Shown here one piece after another: positions 9,501 to 18,656 of a stretch of 64,000 bases of DNA. Position 1 is the first letter of the stretch; every line of letters begins with the position of its first letter. Both the position numbers and the translations under genes were made by a program. The notes under the pieces are model-generated. The model saw only the letters and a list, made by a program, of their open reading frames with translations, searched no databases and had not been told where the DNA came from. The DNA is from an uncultured Acidobacteriota bacterium (GTDB taxonomy: Bacteria; Acidobacteriota; Thermoanaerobaculia; UBA5066), in contig CAVZYA010000001.1 in assembly GCA_963779415.1 (NCBI GenBank), forward strand, positions 320,001 to 384,000, given 5' to 3'.

Positions 9501-10137
9501 CCTTCTGGCGCTCGACAAACGGGCCGCCGTCCTTTTCGGGCGGCAGGTCCCGGGGTACCGGGAGATCCTCGCGAGCGAGCTGCCTTACTTCGTCCGCGAG
9601 TCGGTCGCGCTCGTCTTCGGACGAAAGCTCGCGGAGGCGACGGCGCGGCGGTGCCTCCGGGCGACGGCGGCGCTCTGGATCGACGCGCGCGTCCGCGAGG
9701 AGATCGTCGCGCCGACCTGCCTCTTTTCGATGCTCTACCTCCGGTACGTCGCCGAGGAGTCGGAGAGCTGGGACGAGACGAAGGAGCACGAGAGCCGGAC
9801 GACCCGCGAGGAGGAGCTTCTGCGCGAGACGGCGAGCGGCGCTTTCGGCGCTCTCTCCGCGGAGCGCCCCGGTGACCGGTGGACGCTCCTCCAGTCGCTG
9901 ATCGACGTGGAGGAGGCCTCGCGCCTCCTTCTCGCGCGGGAGCTGACGATCGAGGAGAAGCGGGAGTTCGTCGATCTCCGGATCGAAGGGTGGCTCCGGA
10001 CGCTCCCCGAGAGCCTCTCGCGGGATCTGCGGCGCGACTGGTCCCCGCTTCGGGAGCTTCCGAAGGCCGACCTGACGCTGCGCACCATCGAGCAGATGAT
10101 CGAGCTCGAGAAGCTCCGCGGGAGCCGTGGCGCATGA
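6541..10137 (+). CDS. Fusion of a class I/II PLP aminotransferase (N-terminal) and an archaeal-type PEP carboxylase PpcA-like domain (C-terminal)
   Basis: Aminotransferase motifs NNPHNPTG, YDSVY, SGLSK, RLSY; PpcA motifs TKHPD, LDYEGR, RVPNP, LVPLVE, SDTA, IGAGGAGFRG, LPRAI, terminal KLRGS. Start may be 6511 or 6541. Confidence 0.85.
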   Translation: MKNSSAGTTAPRRTFLDPHGLSARALSTPEPLVRAFARRVQQEGALDLTQGDYKNADFAPHPEVVRAAQRITRNTVHSYGPAVGRMDVRGEIADFFNRDGLLDYPSSNVRFLPDEVLFTPGTRSGLAMALEVLGADGSGVVVPRPSWEYDWFVERAGKRLVELPTSSPEFLPDPDELERLLEKGDISSVIINNPHNPTGRVYPRSLVEALVRVAVKHRVFVLYDSVYQRLDYVGSFVNPAFADPEWRDWVVTLSGLSKMDMFGASTGARACWLVLSDQIRSGGVRAREILANLSAWLVATPSTLAQDWALAALQSPLAALRRPSPYMRERRDFMAEGADALAPLGVTRTDFGGTFYAPLAFPGLVGEPFDRLRNGIHERAVVRTSVEAFEFLLAGAVGGIPFAAFAGSDPDRYGTWQRLSYGSKDVKELAVFMERVRARIERQGRLGSSAKAETAVRTVEDEVWESTCTDAGYPALDGLDPIAFAEAHRKFREGSAPETLRSLRLTGTKHPDSTAHRAEQLARAIRSVEAGTPNRAERALTHLEWNPLVEARQEYEESIADLLGPCTEVLLDYEGRQISPEWLDVPEKVVLALLRHGILPGEDRHLLFRVPNPWLEQDEEKVSKILAAVARTNFLFLLACERLGIEPARNAINELTVPQVNSGAELGAVVKIGTLYLQAAEGLFSGAPERVDDFLRSRIPESRRAALTAKVSRVRLVPLVENVGALAHLPEFLEIFYETLERNRGAEGLPTPASFRTRFDGSDAVVRIFVAMSDTAEQSGKIATDAAFTLAVAGREEAERRLAGHARKAGEPPPRVTYLIGAGGAGFRGGFDPSHEGVIAQFARADGVTMQGIRADAPEKAARLAEAFRRVAEAGSPVPPVSAGDRESLLRLLETGVKAHTETLLRIAPLIAPFSGLVPQTRVRIRATGSVNYGRSIPTYPEEWGGGKDLPDNRDLRDAWPEGVTLPRAINYNLGCTTLGLPAVTSDLLALDKRAAVLFGRQVPGYREILASELPYFVRESVALVFGRKLAEATARRCLRATAALWIDARVREEIVAPTCLFSMLYLRYVAEESESWDETKEHESRTTREEELLRETASGAFGALSAERPGDRWTLLQSLIDVEEASRLLLARELTIEEKREFVDLRIEGWLRTLPESLSRDLRRDWSPLRELPKADLTLRTIEQMIELEKLRGSRGA

Positions 10138-10553
10138 ACCTCCCCGAGCCGCATCCGCACGAGGTCTTCGAGGCGCTTCGCCGGCGCGGGCCCGGGACGC
10201 GCATCGCCGTGGTCGGCGCGAGCAACAATCCGGCCAAGTACGGGAACATCATCGTCCGGAACCTCGCCGGAAAGGGGTACACGGTCCTCCCCGTGAACCT
10301 CCACGAGAAGGAGATTGCCGGGATCCCGGCGTGGCCGAGCCTCACGGCCGTCCCGAAGCCGATCGACATCGTCGACGTCGTCACGCCGCCGGCCGTCACG
10401 AAGGGGATCCTCGAAGAGGCCGCGCGGCTCGGCCTCCCGGCCGTCTGGCTGCAGGACGGAAGCTGGGACGCCGCGGCGCTCGCCCTCGCCGCGAAGGCCC
10501 CGTTCAAGACCGTCTACGAGGCCTGCATCATGGTCGCGTCGAACTTCGGCTGA
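10134..10553 (+). CDS. CoA-binding protein (YccU-like)
   Basis: IAVVGASNNPAKYG, PVN, IDIVDV, VWLQDG, C-terminal CIMV; ATGA overlap with the upstream fusion gene. Confidence 0.9.
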   Translation: MNLPEPHPHEVFEALRRRGPGTRIAVVGASNNPAKYGNIIVRNLAGKGYTVLPVNLHEKEIAGIPAWPSLTAVPKPIDIVDVVTPPAVTKGILEEAARLGLPAVWLQDGSWDAAALALAAKAPFKTVYEACIMVASNFG

Positions 10554-10663
10554 CGGGCGGTGCGTTCCGCGCCGCCGCACCGGTCGGTCGCCCGATTACC
10601 GCCCCGCGCGCAATTCTGGCCGGCAGACGTCTTGCAGGTCCTTCCGGTGAGGGAGGGCACGCG

Positions 10664-12169
10664 ATGCGCCTCAACTGCAAGGAGTCCCGATTTTTCCGCC
10701 CGGTGCGGCCCCTGTTCCGGTCCGCCTTCGCCGTTCCGGTCGTCGCCGTCTTACTCGTCGTCATGGCGGCGTGGTCCAGGCCGGGGAACGCGGTCGAGCC
10801 CGAGAAGGGGCTCGAGGGGGACGACGTCGCACTTCTCTCCCGCGAGAACGCCGCCGTCGAGAAGATCGCCCGGAACGTCACGCCGGCGATCGTCAACATC
10901 CAGACGACCCAGGTCGTCCGGCTCCAGCAGTCCCCCTACTACCAGGACCCGTTCTTCCGGCAGTTCTTCGGTGGCCCGTTCAACATTCCGCGCGAGCAGC
11001 GCGAACACGCGCTCGGCAGCGGCGTGATCGTCGCCCCCGACGGCCTCATCGTGACGAACAGCCACGTTGCGGCCCGGGCGACCGACGTCAGGGTGATGCT
11101 GGCCGACAAGAGGGTCTTCAAGGGAAAGGTGGTCGGCACCGACCCTGACACGGACGTGGCCGTCATCCGGATCGAGGCGAAGGGGCTTCCGACCGTCCCG
11201 TGGGGCGACTCCTCGGCGCTCCGGGTTGGCCACATGGTCCTCGCGTTCGGAAACCCGTTCGGCCTCAACCAGACGGTCACCCGTGGCATCGTGAGCGCGA
11301 TAGGCCGGGCCGGCCTCGGGATCGAGAGCTTCGAGGACTTCATCCAGACGGACGCGGCGATCAACCCCGGCAACTCGGGAGGCGCCCTCGTCGACGTGCA
11401 CGGGCGCCTCGTCGGCATCAACACGGCGATCGTCTCGAACACCTCCGGCATGGGGGGCGAAGGCGGGTCCGTCGGGATCGGGTTCGCCATCCCCTCCAAC
11501 ATCGTCCGGCACGTCGTCGAGAGCCTCCTCCGGACGGGGAAAGTCGAGCGGGGTTACCTCGGCGTGTCGGTCGGCGACCTCGAGGAGGGGCTCGCGAGGA
11601 AGTTCGGCGTCCCGGACACGGCGGGAGCCGTCGTCGAGGACGTGACGCCCGGCTCGCCCGCAGCGAAGGCCGGCCTCAAGGCGGGGGACGTGATCCGGAC
11701 GGTCGACGAGAAGGCGATCGGCTCGAAGGACCAGCTGACCTTCGCGGTCGCGACGGACGATCCCGGCACGGTCGTCCAGCTCGGCATCCTGAGGGATGGA
11801 AGGCCGCAGACGGTGTCCGTCACGCTCGGGTCCCGGCCGGCGAATCTCGGCGTGGCGGAAGGGACGGCGAAGGCGCCCGTGGGGAGCACGCTTCGGGGGA
11901 TCACCGTGCAGAGCCTCGACCCGAAGCTCCGGGAGCATTTCGGCCTCGGCCGGGAGACCTCGGGCGTCGTCATCTCTCGCCTCGATCCGGCGAGCCCGGC
12001 CGCGCAGGGGGGCCTCGCCCCGGGAGACGTCATCCAGGAGATTGACCGGCATCCGGTCCGGACTGTCGCCGACTTCGAGAGGCTGGCGGCCGCGACGACG
12101 GGCGAGGTGCTCCTCCGGATCGTCCGGCAGGGGGCCGGTCTCTTCATCGTGATCTCGCCGGCCGAGTGA
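10664..12169 (+). CDS. DegQ/DegP (Do) serine endoprotease with two PDZ domains
   Basis: LGSGVIV, TNSHV, DTDVAV, IQTDAAINPGNSGG, RGYLGV; N-terminal signal anchor. Confidence 0.95.
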   Translation: MRLNCKESRFFRPVRPLFRSAFAVPVVAVLLVVMAAWSRPGNAVEPEKGLEGDDVALLSRENAAVEKIARNVTPAIVNIQTTQVVRLQQSPYYQDPFFRQFFGGPFNIPREQREHALGSGVIVAPDGLIVTNSHVAARATDVRVMLADKRVFKGKVVGTDPDTDVAVIRIEAKGLPTVPWGDSSALRVGHMVLAFGNPFGLNQTVTRGIVSAIGRAGLGIESFEDFIQTDAAINPGNSGGALVDVHGRLVGINTAIVSNTSGMGGEGGSVGIGFAIPSNIVRHVVESLLRTGKVERGYLGVSVGDLEEGLARKFGVPDTAGAVVEDVTPGSPAAKAGLKAGDVIRTVDEKAIGSKDQLTFAVATDDPGTVVQLGILRDGRPQTVSVTLGSRPANLGVAEGTAKAPVGSTLRGITVQSLDPKLREHFGLGRETSGVVISRLDPASPAAQGGLAPGDVIQEIDRHPVRTVADFERLAAATTGEVLLRIVRQGAGLFIVISPAE

Positions 12170-12208
12170 CGGCCCGGTGCGGGGCCGCGCCGGATCGCCG
12201 TCCGGGAG

Positions 12209-13561
12209 CTACTTCACCCGCACCCCGTTCTTCACGACGACGTCGACGTGCTGGAGGAGCCCGATGTTCGCGAGGACGTCGCCGCGGACGGCGACGACGT
12301 CGGCGTAGCGTCCCGGGGCGAGCGTCCCGAGGTCGTTCTCCATCTTCAGAAAGCGGGCGGGCCAGCGGGTCGCCGCGGCGATCGCCTGCATCGGCGGGAC
12401 GCCGAGGCGCACCCACATCTCCAGCTCGCGCCACGTGGAGTCCGTGTGGAAGTTCCCCGGGATGCCGCTGTCGGTCCCGACGAGCATCGTGACGCCGGTG
12501 TCGCGCAGCTGCTGGAACTTGCGCGCGAGAGTGGGGAGCCGGCGGAACGTCAGGGTGAAGTAGTCGAGGTGCGTGATGTCCCGCAGGGAGGCGCGGATGT
12601 CCGCGGCCATTTCCTCCGGCATGTCGCGCTGCCACGTCGGATCGTCGAGCCGGTCGGGGAAGGTGCGTGCCGTGTAATCGGCGAGGAAGAGCCCTTCGAT
12701 CGTGGGGCACCAATAGAGCGTGCTGTTGCGCTTCCGGATCATCTCGAGGATGTCCTCCGGGTAGCCCGGCTCGGTCGCGAGGCCGGTGTGCTCGAAGGAG
12801 TCGATGCCGTACTTCAGGCCGATGCGGATCTCCTCCTCCCGGTGCGCGTGGGCGACGACCGGTTTCCCCCCCTTGTGGGCCGTCTCGACGACCGCTTTCA
12901 CCTCGTCGCCCGTGAGCTGGTCCTGGTCGATCAGCTTGATGAAGTCGACCCCGGCGTCCACGAGCTTCTGGACTTTCGCCCGCGCGTCTTCTGGTCCGTT
13001 CACGCCCCAGCGATACGACGCTTCCTGGGGCGCGTAGGGGGCCCGCTGGATGAACGGTCCCGAGACGAAGAGGCGCGGCCCGGGGATCTCTCCCGAGGCG
13101 ATCCTCTTCCGGACGTCGAGGCTGTCCTCCAGCGGGGCTCCGAGGTCCCGCACGGTCGTGATGCCGCTCATCAGAAGCTGGCGGGCCGCGATCGGCATGA
13201 TCTCGTCGCGGAATCGCCCGAGGTACTTCTTGTCCCAGTACTCATAGTCGCTGTGCCCGAGGATCATCAGGTGGACGTGCATGTCCATCAGGCCGGGCAT
13301 CACGCTCATCCCGCGGGTGTCGATGACGGTCACGCCGGCCGGAATCGGGATTTCGCCGCGGCGTCCGACGGCGACGATCCGCTCGCCGGCGACCAGAACG
13401 ACGCCGTCGTGGATCGGGGGCCCTTCGTATCCGTCGATCACCTGCCCGCCGACCAGGGCGAGCGTCGCCTTCGGCGGGGCCGGAGACTTTTCGGCGGCAA
13501 GGCACGCCGCCGGGAAAGAGATCGATCCTGCGAAAAGAAGAATCAGAAGGAGCCTTCTCAT
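12209..13561 (-). CDS. Secreted amidohydrolase family protein
   Basis: Signal peptide; PGLMDMHVH, GITTVRDLG, AHAH, FEH, GTDSG, GTLAPGRYAD. Confidence 0.9.
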   Translation of the reverse strand: MRRLLLILLFAGSISFPAACLAAEKSPAPPKATLALVGGQVIDGYEGPPIHDGVVLVAGERIVAVGRRGEIPIPAGVTVIDTRGMSVMPGLMDMHVHLMILGHSDYEYWDKKYLGRFRDEIMPIAARQLLMSGITTVRDLGAPLEDSLDVRKRIASGEIPGPRLFVSGPFIQRAPYAPQEASYRWGVNGPEDARAKVQKLVDAGVDFIKLIDQDQLTGDEVKAVVETAHKGGKPVVAHAHREEEIRIGLKYGIDSFEHTGLATEPGYPEDILEMIRKRNSTLYWCPTIEGLFLADYTARTFPDRLDDPTWQRDMPEEMAADIRASLRDITHLDYFTLTFRRLPTLARKFQQLRDTGVTMLVGTDSGIPGNFHTDSTWRELEMWVRLGVPPMQAIAAATRWPARFLKMENDLGTLAPGRYADVVAVRGDVLANIGLLQHVDVVVKNGVRVK

Positions 13562-13681
13562 GGGATGCGAGCCTCCTCGGGTCACGCGGCGTCTTCCGGA
13601 AACGACGCGGCGAGTATAGAGCGCCCGCTTCGGGACGGACCGGCTCAGGCGCCGATAGACTCCGGGCCGAAAGGAGCGCCG

Positions 13682-16096
13682 ATGAAACGCGCTCGCGTCG
13701 CCGTCTCCGTCGCCTCGCTCGGCCTCGTCTTCGTCTCCTCCTACGCTCTCGCCCTCGACGAGAGGGGCTACCGGCTCCCGCCGAAGGAGATCGTCGAGAT
13801 CGTGGATGCTCCCGCGCCGCCGCAGACGGTCCCGAGCCCGGCCGGCGACGTCGTCCTCCTCGTCGGCGTCGAGACGTATCCGCCCGTCTCCCTTCTCGCG
13901 CAGCCGATTCACCGGCTCGCGGGAGTCCGGATCTCCGCCGCCCTCGGCGCCCGGCAGCGGACGACGCGGTACACCGGGATCCGGATCCAGCCGATCGAGG
14001 GCGGCCCGGCCCGAACGGTCAAGCTCCCGGCCGGCTCGCGGATCGGCCTGCCTTCCTTCTCGGACGACGGAACGAGGTTCGCCTTCACGTGCGACCTTCC
14101 GGACGGCGTCGAGCTCTGGGTGGGGGACGCGAAGACGGGCGAAGCCCGCGCCGTCCCGCATGTCCGGCTGAACGACGTCCTCGGCTCGCCGTTCGAGTGG
14201 GGGAAGGGAAGCGGCACCCTCCTCGTCCGCGCGGTCCCCGCGGGCCGGGGAGGGCCCCCCGCCGCTCCGGAGGTCCCGGATGGGCCGGTCGTCCAGGAGA
14301 CCGCTGGCAAGACGTCGCAGATGGCGACGTTCCAGGACCTCCTGGCGAGCCCCCGGGACGAGGCTCTCTTCGCGTACTACGCGAGGACGCAAATCGTCCG
14401 CGTGGACGCTTCCTCGCTTCGTGCCGGGAGCGTGGGCATACCGGACTTCTGGCTCGGCGTCGAGCCTTCGCCCGACGGACGCTTCCTGCTTGCGACCCGT
14501 CTGAAGGCCCCCTTCTCATGGCGCGTCCCGTACCCGCTCTTCGCGCGCGACATCGAGGTGAGGGATGCATCGGGAAAGCTCGTCGCCACGGTGGCGGAGC
14601 TCCCCGTCTCCGACGAGGTGCCCCGTCAGGGCGTTCCGACGGGACCGCGCTCCGTGGGGTGGCAGCCCCTCGAGCCGGCTACGCTGATCTGGGCCGAAGC
14701 GCTCGACGGCGGGAACCCGGTGACGAGGGTGCCTCATCGCGACCGGTTGATGGCGCTCGCGGCTCCGTTCACGTCGCCCGCGCGAGAGCTCCTGAAGCTC
14801 AAGCAGCGCCTTTCAGGAGTCTGGTGGGGCGGAAAGCCGGACATGGCTCTTCTTCGCGAGTACGACCGGGACCGCCGGTGGACGTCGACGTGGCTCGTGA
14901 GCCTGGCGGCGCCGGAAGGGGCGAAGGTCCTCTTCGAACGATCGGTCAACGACGCTTACAAGGACCCGGGCGAACCCGTCCTCGAAGACCGCGCCGGGGG
15001 CGAGCGGGTGATGAGGATGGACGGCGACGCGATCTTCCTCGCGGGGGCCGGCGCCGGCGCCGAGGGAGACCGGCCTTTCCTGGACCGTTTCGACCTCGCG
15101 ACAGGGAAGTCGGAACGGCTCTTCCGGTCGGCGCCCGATGCCTTCGAGCGATTCGTCGCGTTCGCGGGGGGCGGGACCCATGAGGCCATCGTCCGGCGGG
15201 AGTCGCCGTCCGAGCCGCCGAACCTCTGGGTCGTCGACCTCTCGACGGGGAAAGGGAGAAAGCTGACCGACGAGAAGAACCCCCACCCGCAGCTCTCCGG
15301 GGTCCGCCGGGAGCGGCTCTCCTACAAGCGTGCCGACGGCGTCACGCTGACCGGTACTCTCTACCTTCCTCCCGGAGTCGCTCCCCGAGCGCCGGGGCCC
15401 GTCCTGATCTGGGCCTACCCGCTCGAGTTCTCCGACGCCGATACCGCGGGGCAGGTGCGCGGCTCGACGCAGACCTTCCTCCGGCTCGTCGCGCCGTCCC
15501 CGCTGTTTCTCGTTCTCGAGGGGTACGCCGTCCTGATGGATGCCACGATGCCGGTCCTCGGCGATCCGGAGACCGTCAACAACACCTACGTCGAGCAGGT
15601 CACCGCCTCGGCGAAGGCGGCCGTCGACGAGCTGGTCCGCCGCGGCGTGGCGGACCCCGCGAGGATCGTCGTGGGAGGACACAGCTACGGAGCGTTCATG
15701 ACGGCGAACCTCCTCGCCCATACGAGCCTCTTCGCGGCCGGGATCGCCCGGAGCGGCGCCTACAACCGGACGCTCACGCCGTTCGGGTTCCAGTCCGAGA
15801 GGCGCACCTACTGGGAGGCTCCGGAACTCTACGCGAGAGTGTCGCCGTTCACCTACGCGGACAGGATCAGGAAGCCGCTCCTCCTGATCCACGGGATGGC
15901 GGACAACAACAGCGGTACCTTCCCGGTCCAGTCCGAGCGGCTCTTCGAGGCGATCCGGGGGAACGGCGGCACGGCGCGCCTCGTGATGCTCCCGTTCGAG
16001 GCGCACGGCTACCGTGCCCGCGAATCGGTCCTCGATACCCTCGCCGAGATGATCGACTGGGCCGACCGGTGGACGAAGACCCCTCCGATCAGATGA
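13682..16096 (+). CDS. S9 family prolyl oligopeptidase-type serine peptidase, secreted
   Basis: Signal peptide; beta-propeller region; GGHSYG nucleophile, IHGMADNN, EAHGY. Confidence 0.92.
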   Translation: MKRARVAVSVASLGLVFVSSYALALDERGYRLPPKEIVEIVDAPAPPQTVPSPAGDVVLLVGVETYPPVSLLAQPIHRLAGVRISAALGARQRTTRYTGIRIQPIEGGPARTVKLPAGSRIGLPSFSDDGTRFAFTCDLPDGVELWVGDAKTGEARAVPHVRLNDVLGSPFEWGKGSGTLLVRAVPAGRGGPPAAPEVPDGPVVQETAGKTSQMATFQDLLASPRDEALFAYYARTQIVRVDASSLRAGSVGIPDFWLGVEPSPDGRFLLATRLKAPFSWRVPYPLFARDIEVRDASGKLVATVAELPVSDEVPRQGVPTGPRSVGWQPLEPATLIWAEALDGGNPVTRVPHRDRLMALAAPFTSPARELLKLKQRLSGVWWGGKPDMALLREYDRDRRWTSTWLVSLAAPEGAKVLFERSVNDAYKDPGEPVLEDRAGGERVMRMDGDAIFLAGAGAGAEGDRPFLDRFDLATGKSERLFRSAPDAFERFVAFAGGGTHEAIVRRESPSEPPNLWVVDLSTGKGRKLTDEKNPHPQLSGVRRERLSYKRADGVTLTGTLYLPPGVAPRAPGPVLIWAYPLEFSDADTAGQVRGSTQTFLRLVAPSPLFLVLEGYAVLMDATMPVLGDPETVNNTYVEQVTASAKAAVDELVRRGVADPARIVVGGHSYGAFMTANLLAHTSLFAAGIARSGAYNRTLTPFGFQSERRTYWEAPELYARVSPFTYADRIRKPLLLIHGMADNNSGTFPVQSERLFEAIRGNGGTARLVMLPFEAHGYRARESVLDTLAEMIDWADRWTKTPPIR

Positions 16097-16170
16097 TCCC
16101 TCTGACTCATGGACACTCCCCGCCGCCGGGGAGAGCCTGAAGGAGGCCCGTTCGGGCGTGAGGAGGGGCG

Positions 16171-18006
16171 ATGTCCGAATTCCGCTTTGATCTTCGCGAC
16201 GTGGAGTTCGTCCTTTTCGAGCAGATGAAGATCGGCGATCTCTGCGGCCTCGGGGCTTACAAGGACCAGGACGCCGAGAGCTACGCGAGCATTCTGGGGG
16301 CCGCCTACGACCTGACGAAGGAGCGGCTCTGGCCGATCAACGCCGAGTCCGACCGGATCGGCGCCCGGTTCGAGGCGGGGAAGGTCACCGTCCCCGAGTG
16401 CCAGAAGGAATTCCGGAAGACATTCGTCGAGAACGGCTTCTCGGCGATGTCGAACAGCGCCGAGTGGGGCGGGATGGGACTGCCGAACCTCCTCTCCGCG
16501 GCCTGCGGCGAGGTCTTCATCGCGGGCTGCCTCTCCTTCACCCTCACGCCGATGCTGACTCGCGGCGCCGCGCACATCATCGAGGTCCACGGCGCCGAGG
16601 AGATGAAGAAGCTCTACCTCGAGAAGATGTACTCGGGCGAGTGGAGTGGCACGATGTGCCTGACCGAGCCGCAGGCGGGCTCGGACCTCGCCGCCGTCAA
16701 GACGAAGGCGAAGCGGGACGGGGAGAGCTTTCTCATCGAGGGGACGAAGATCTTCATCTCCTCGGGCGACCACGACTTCACGAAGCAGATCGTCCACCCG
16801 GTCCTCGCCCGGATCGAGGGGGCGCCGGCCGGCATCAAGGGGATCTCGCTCTTCCTCGTCCCGAAGTACCTTCCGAACCCGGACGGAAGCCTCGGCGCTT
16901 TCAACGACGTCTCCACCGGGAACATCGAGCACAAGATGGGGATCAAGGCGAGCCCCACCTGCACGCTCAACTTCGGCGAGAACGGAAAGTGCCGCGGCTG
17001 GCTGATCGGCCAGGAGAACAGCGGCATCGTCTACATGTTCCAGCTGATGAACGAAGCCCGCCTCGAGGTGGGCCTTCAGGGGCTCGGGCAGGCCTCGAGC
17101 GCCTACGGGCAGGCCCTGGCGTTCTCCCAGGAGCGCGTTCAGGGGGTGAGCCTGAAAGGGGCGCGCGATCCGGGAGCGAAGGCGCAGCCCATCATTCACC
17201 ACCCGGACGTCCGAAGGATGCTCCTCGGGATGAAGGCGCAGGTGGAAGGGATCCGCGCCCTCATCTACGAGACGGCGCGGAACGAGGACCTCGCCCAGGT
17301 CCATCCGGACGAAGCCGTCCGGAAGCGCGCCGAGGGGATCGTCCAGCTCCTGACGCCGGTCTGCAAGGCATACGGCACCGACATGGCCTTCCGCGTCACC
17401 GAGGACGCCATGCAGGTGCACGGAGGGTACGGCTACTGCCAGGAGTACCCGATCGAGCAGCTCTGCCGCGACGTGAAGATCACGTCGATCTACGAGGGGA
17501 CGAACGGCATCCAGGCGCTCGACCTCGTCGGGCGGAAGCTGACGATGAACGGCGGGGTGCTCTTCAAGGAGTACGCCGCGGGCCTCAAGTCCTTCATCGA
17601 GGCGAACATCGGCCACGCCGTCGCCGGCCCGTGGGTCAAGGCGCTCGCGGCCGCGTCCGACCGGCTCGTCGCCTGCACGATGAGGATCGGGAAGGCGTAC
17701 GCGGACCAGGACCCGTACTTCGCCTTCCTCGTCGCGGTGCCGTACCTCCGGATGTTCGGCGACGTCGCTTCCGCGGCCCTTCTTCTCCAGCAGGCACTCA
17801 TCGCCGCCGAAAAGCTCGGGCCGGGCGACATGGCGGCGTACAAGGCGAAGGCCGGCGCCGACGAGTCGTCGCGCTTCTACTACGACAAGCTCTGCACGGC
17901 GCAGTTCTTCGTCTACAACCTCCTCCCGCGCGCCACGGCGTATGCCGAGACGATCCTCTCGGGCGACCGGAGCGCGCTGGAGGCGTCGCTCGCCGCGGAG
18001 GGCTGA
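16171..18006 (+). CDS. Acyl-CoA dehydrogenase
   Basis: MCLTEPQAGSD, GTKIFIS, EHKMGI, MNEARL, QVHGGYGY, IYEGTNGIQ; GAGGAGG Shine-Dalgarno. Confidence 0.95.
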   Translation: MSEFRFDLRDVEFVLFEQMKIGDLCGLGAYKDQDAESYASILGAAYDLTKERLWPINAESDRIGARFEAGKVTVPECQKEFRKTFVENGFSAMSNSAEWGGMGLPNLLSAACGEVFIAGCLSFTLTPMLTRGAAHIIEVHGAEEMKKLYLEKMYSGEWSGTMCLTEPQAGSDLAAVKTKAKRDGESFLIEGTKIFISSGDHDFTKQIVHPVLARIEGAPAGIKGISLFLVPKYLPNPDGSLGAFNDVSTGNIEHKMGIKASPTCTLNFGENGKCRGWLIGQENSGIVYMFQLMNEARLEVGLQGLGQASSAYGQALAFSQERVQGVSLKGARDPGAKAQPIIHHPDVRRMLLGMKAQVEGIRALIYETARNEDLAQVHPDEAVRKRAEGIVQLLTPVCKAYGTDMAFRVTEDAMQVHGGYGYCQEYPIEQLCRDVKITSIYEGTNGIQALDLVGRKLTMNGGVLFKEYAAGLKSFIEANIGHAVAGPWVKALAAASDRLVACTMRIGKAYADQDPYFAFLVAVPYLRMFGDVASAALLLQQALIAAEKLGPGDMAAYKAKAGADESSRFYYDKLCTAQFFVYNLLPRATAYAETILSGDRSALEASLAAEG

Positions 18007-18024
18007 ACGGGGGCGCGCACCGCG

Positions 18025-18044
18025 TAATTGAGAATCAATCGCGT
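18025..18044 (+). promoter_or_regulatory. Possible Fur-box-like site upstream of the cytochrome pair
   Basis: AT-rich TAATTGAGAATCAATCGC; one strong TGAGAAT half-site and a degenerate second half. Confidence 0.3.
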
Positions 18045-18076
18045 CTCTGGTCAAATCGGCCCCGATAGGAGGGCCG

Positions 18077-18640
18077 ATGAAACACAAAGGAGCGCTTCTT
18101 CTCGCCCTGGCGTCGCTCGGGGCGTGGTCTGCGATCGGCGCATCGCCCGATCCGAAGGGGGACGTCGCGCGCGGCGCCTACCTCGTCCGGACGATGGGGT
18201 GCAACGACTGCCACACGCCCTTGAAGATGGGGCCGAAGGGTCCCGAGCCGGACATGACGCGGATGCTGACGGGGCATCCCGCCGACCTGAAGATGCCGCC
18301 GGCGCCGGACCTCGGGAAGGGGCCGTGGATGATGTCCGCCGCGGCCACCATGACGGCCTTCGCGGGACCGTGGGGCGTGAGCTACGCGGCCAACCTCACG
18401 CCCGATCCCGAGACCGGCATCGGAAACTGGACCGAGAAGACGTTCGTCGACGCGTTGCGGACCGGGAAGCACATGGGGAAGGGGCGGCCCATCCTTCCCC
18501 CGATGCCCTTTGCGGGCATCGCCGGCGCGTCCGACAAGGACCTCCACGCGATCTTCGTCTACCTGAAGTCGCTCGCGCCGGTGAAGAACGCCGTTCCGCA
18601 GCCGGTCGAGTCGGCGGAGTCCCCCGCGCCCCCGCGCTGA
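18077..18640 (+). CDS. Periplasmic c-type cytochrome
   Basis: Signal peptide; CNDCH heme motif; ANLTPD.ETGIGNW; PPMP. Confidence 0.88.
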   Translation: MKHKGALLLALASLGAWSAIGASPDPKGDVARGAYLVRTMGCNDCHTPLKMGPKGPEPDMTRMLTGHPADLKMPPAPDLGKGPWMMSAAATMTAFAGPWGVSYAANLTPDPETGIGNWTEKTFVDALRTGKHMGKGRPILPPMPFAGIAGASDKDLHAIFVYLKSLAPVKNAVPQPVESAESPAPPR

Positions 18641-18656
18641 CGGGCAGACGCATCGA

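Noticed and set aside
12248-13681. Long N-terminal extensions in the ORF track (S9 peptidase 1282 aa, kinase 1064 aa, DegQ 680 aa, amidohydrolase 727 aa)
   Set aside because: They overlap real genes in other frames or strands; downstream starts with signal peptides or Shine-Dalgarno sites fit better, so these are not fusions.
16110-16135. GC-rich hairpin CTCCCCG..CGGGGAG after the S9 peptidase as a terminator or ncRNA
   Set aside because: No U-tract and no recognizable RNA family features; such hairpins are common at this GC content.
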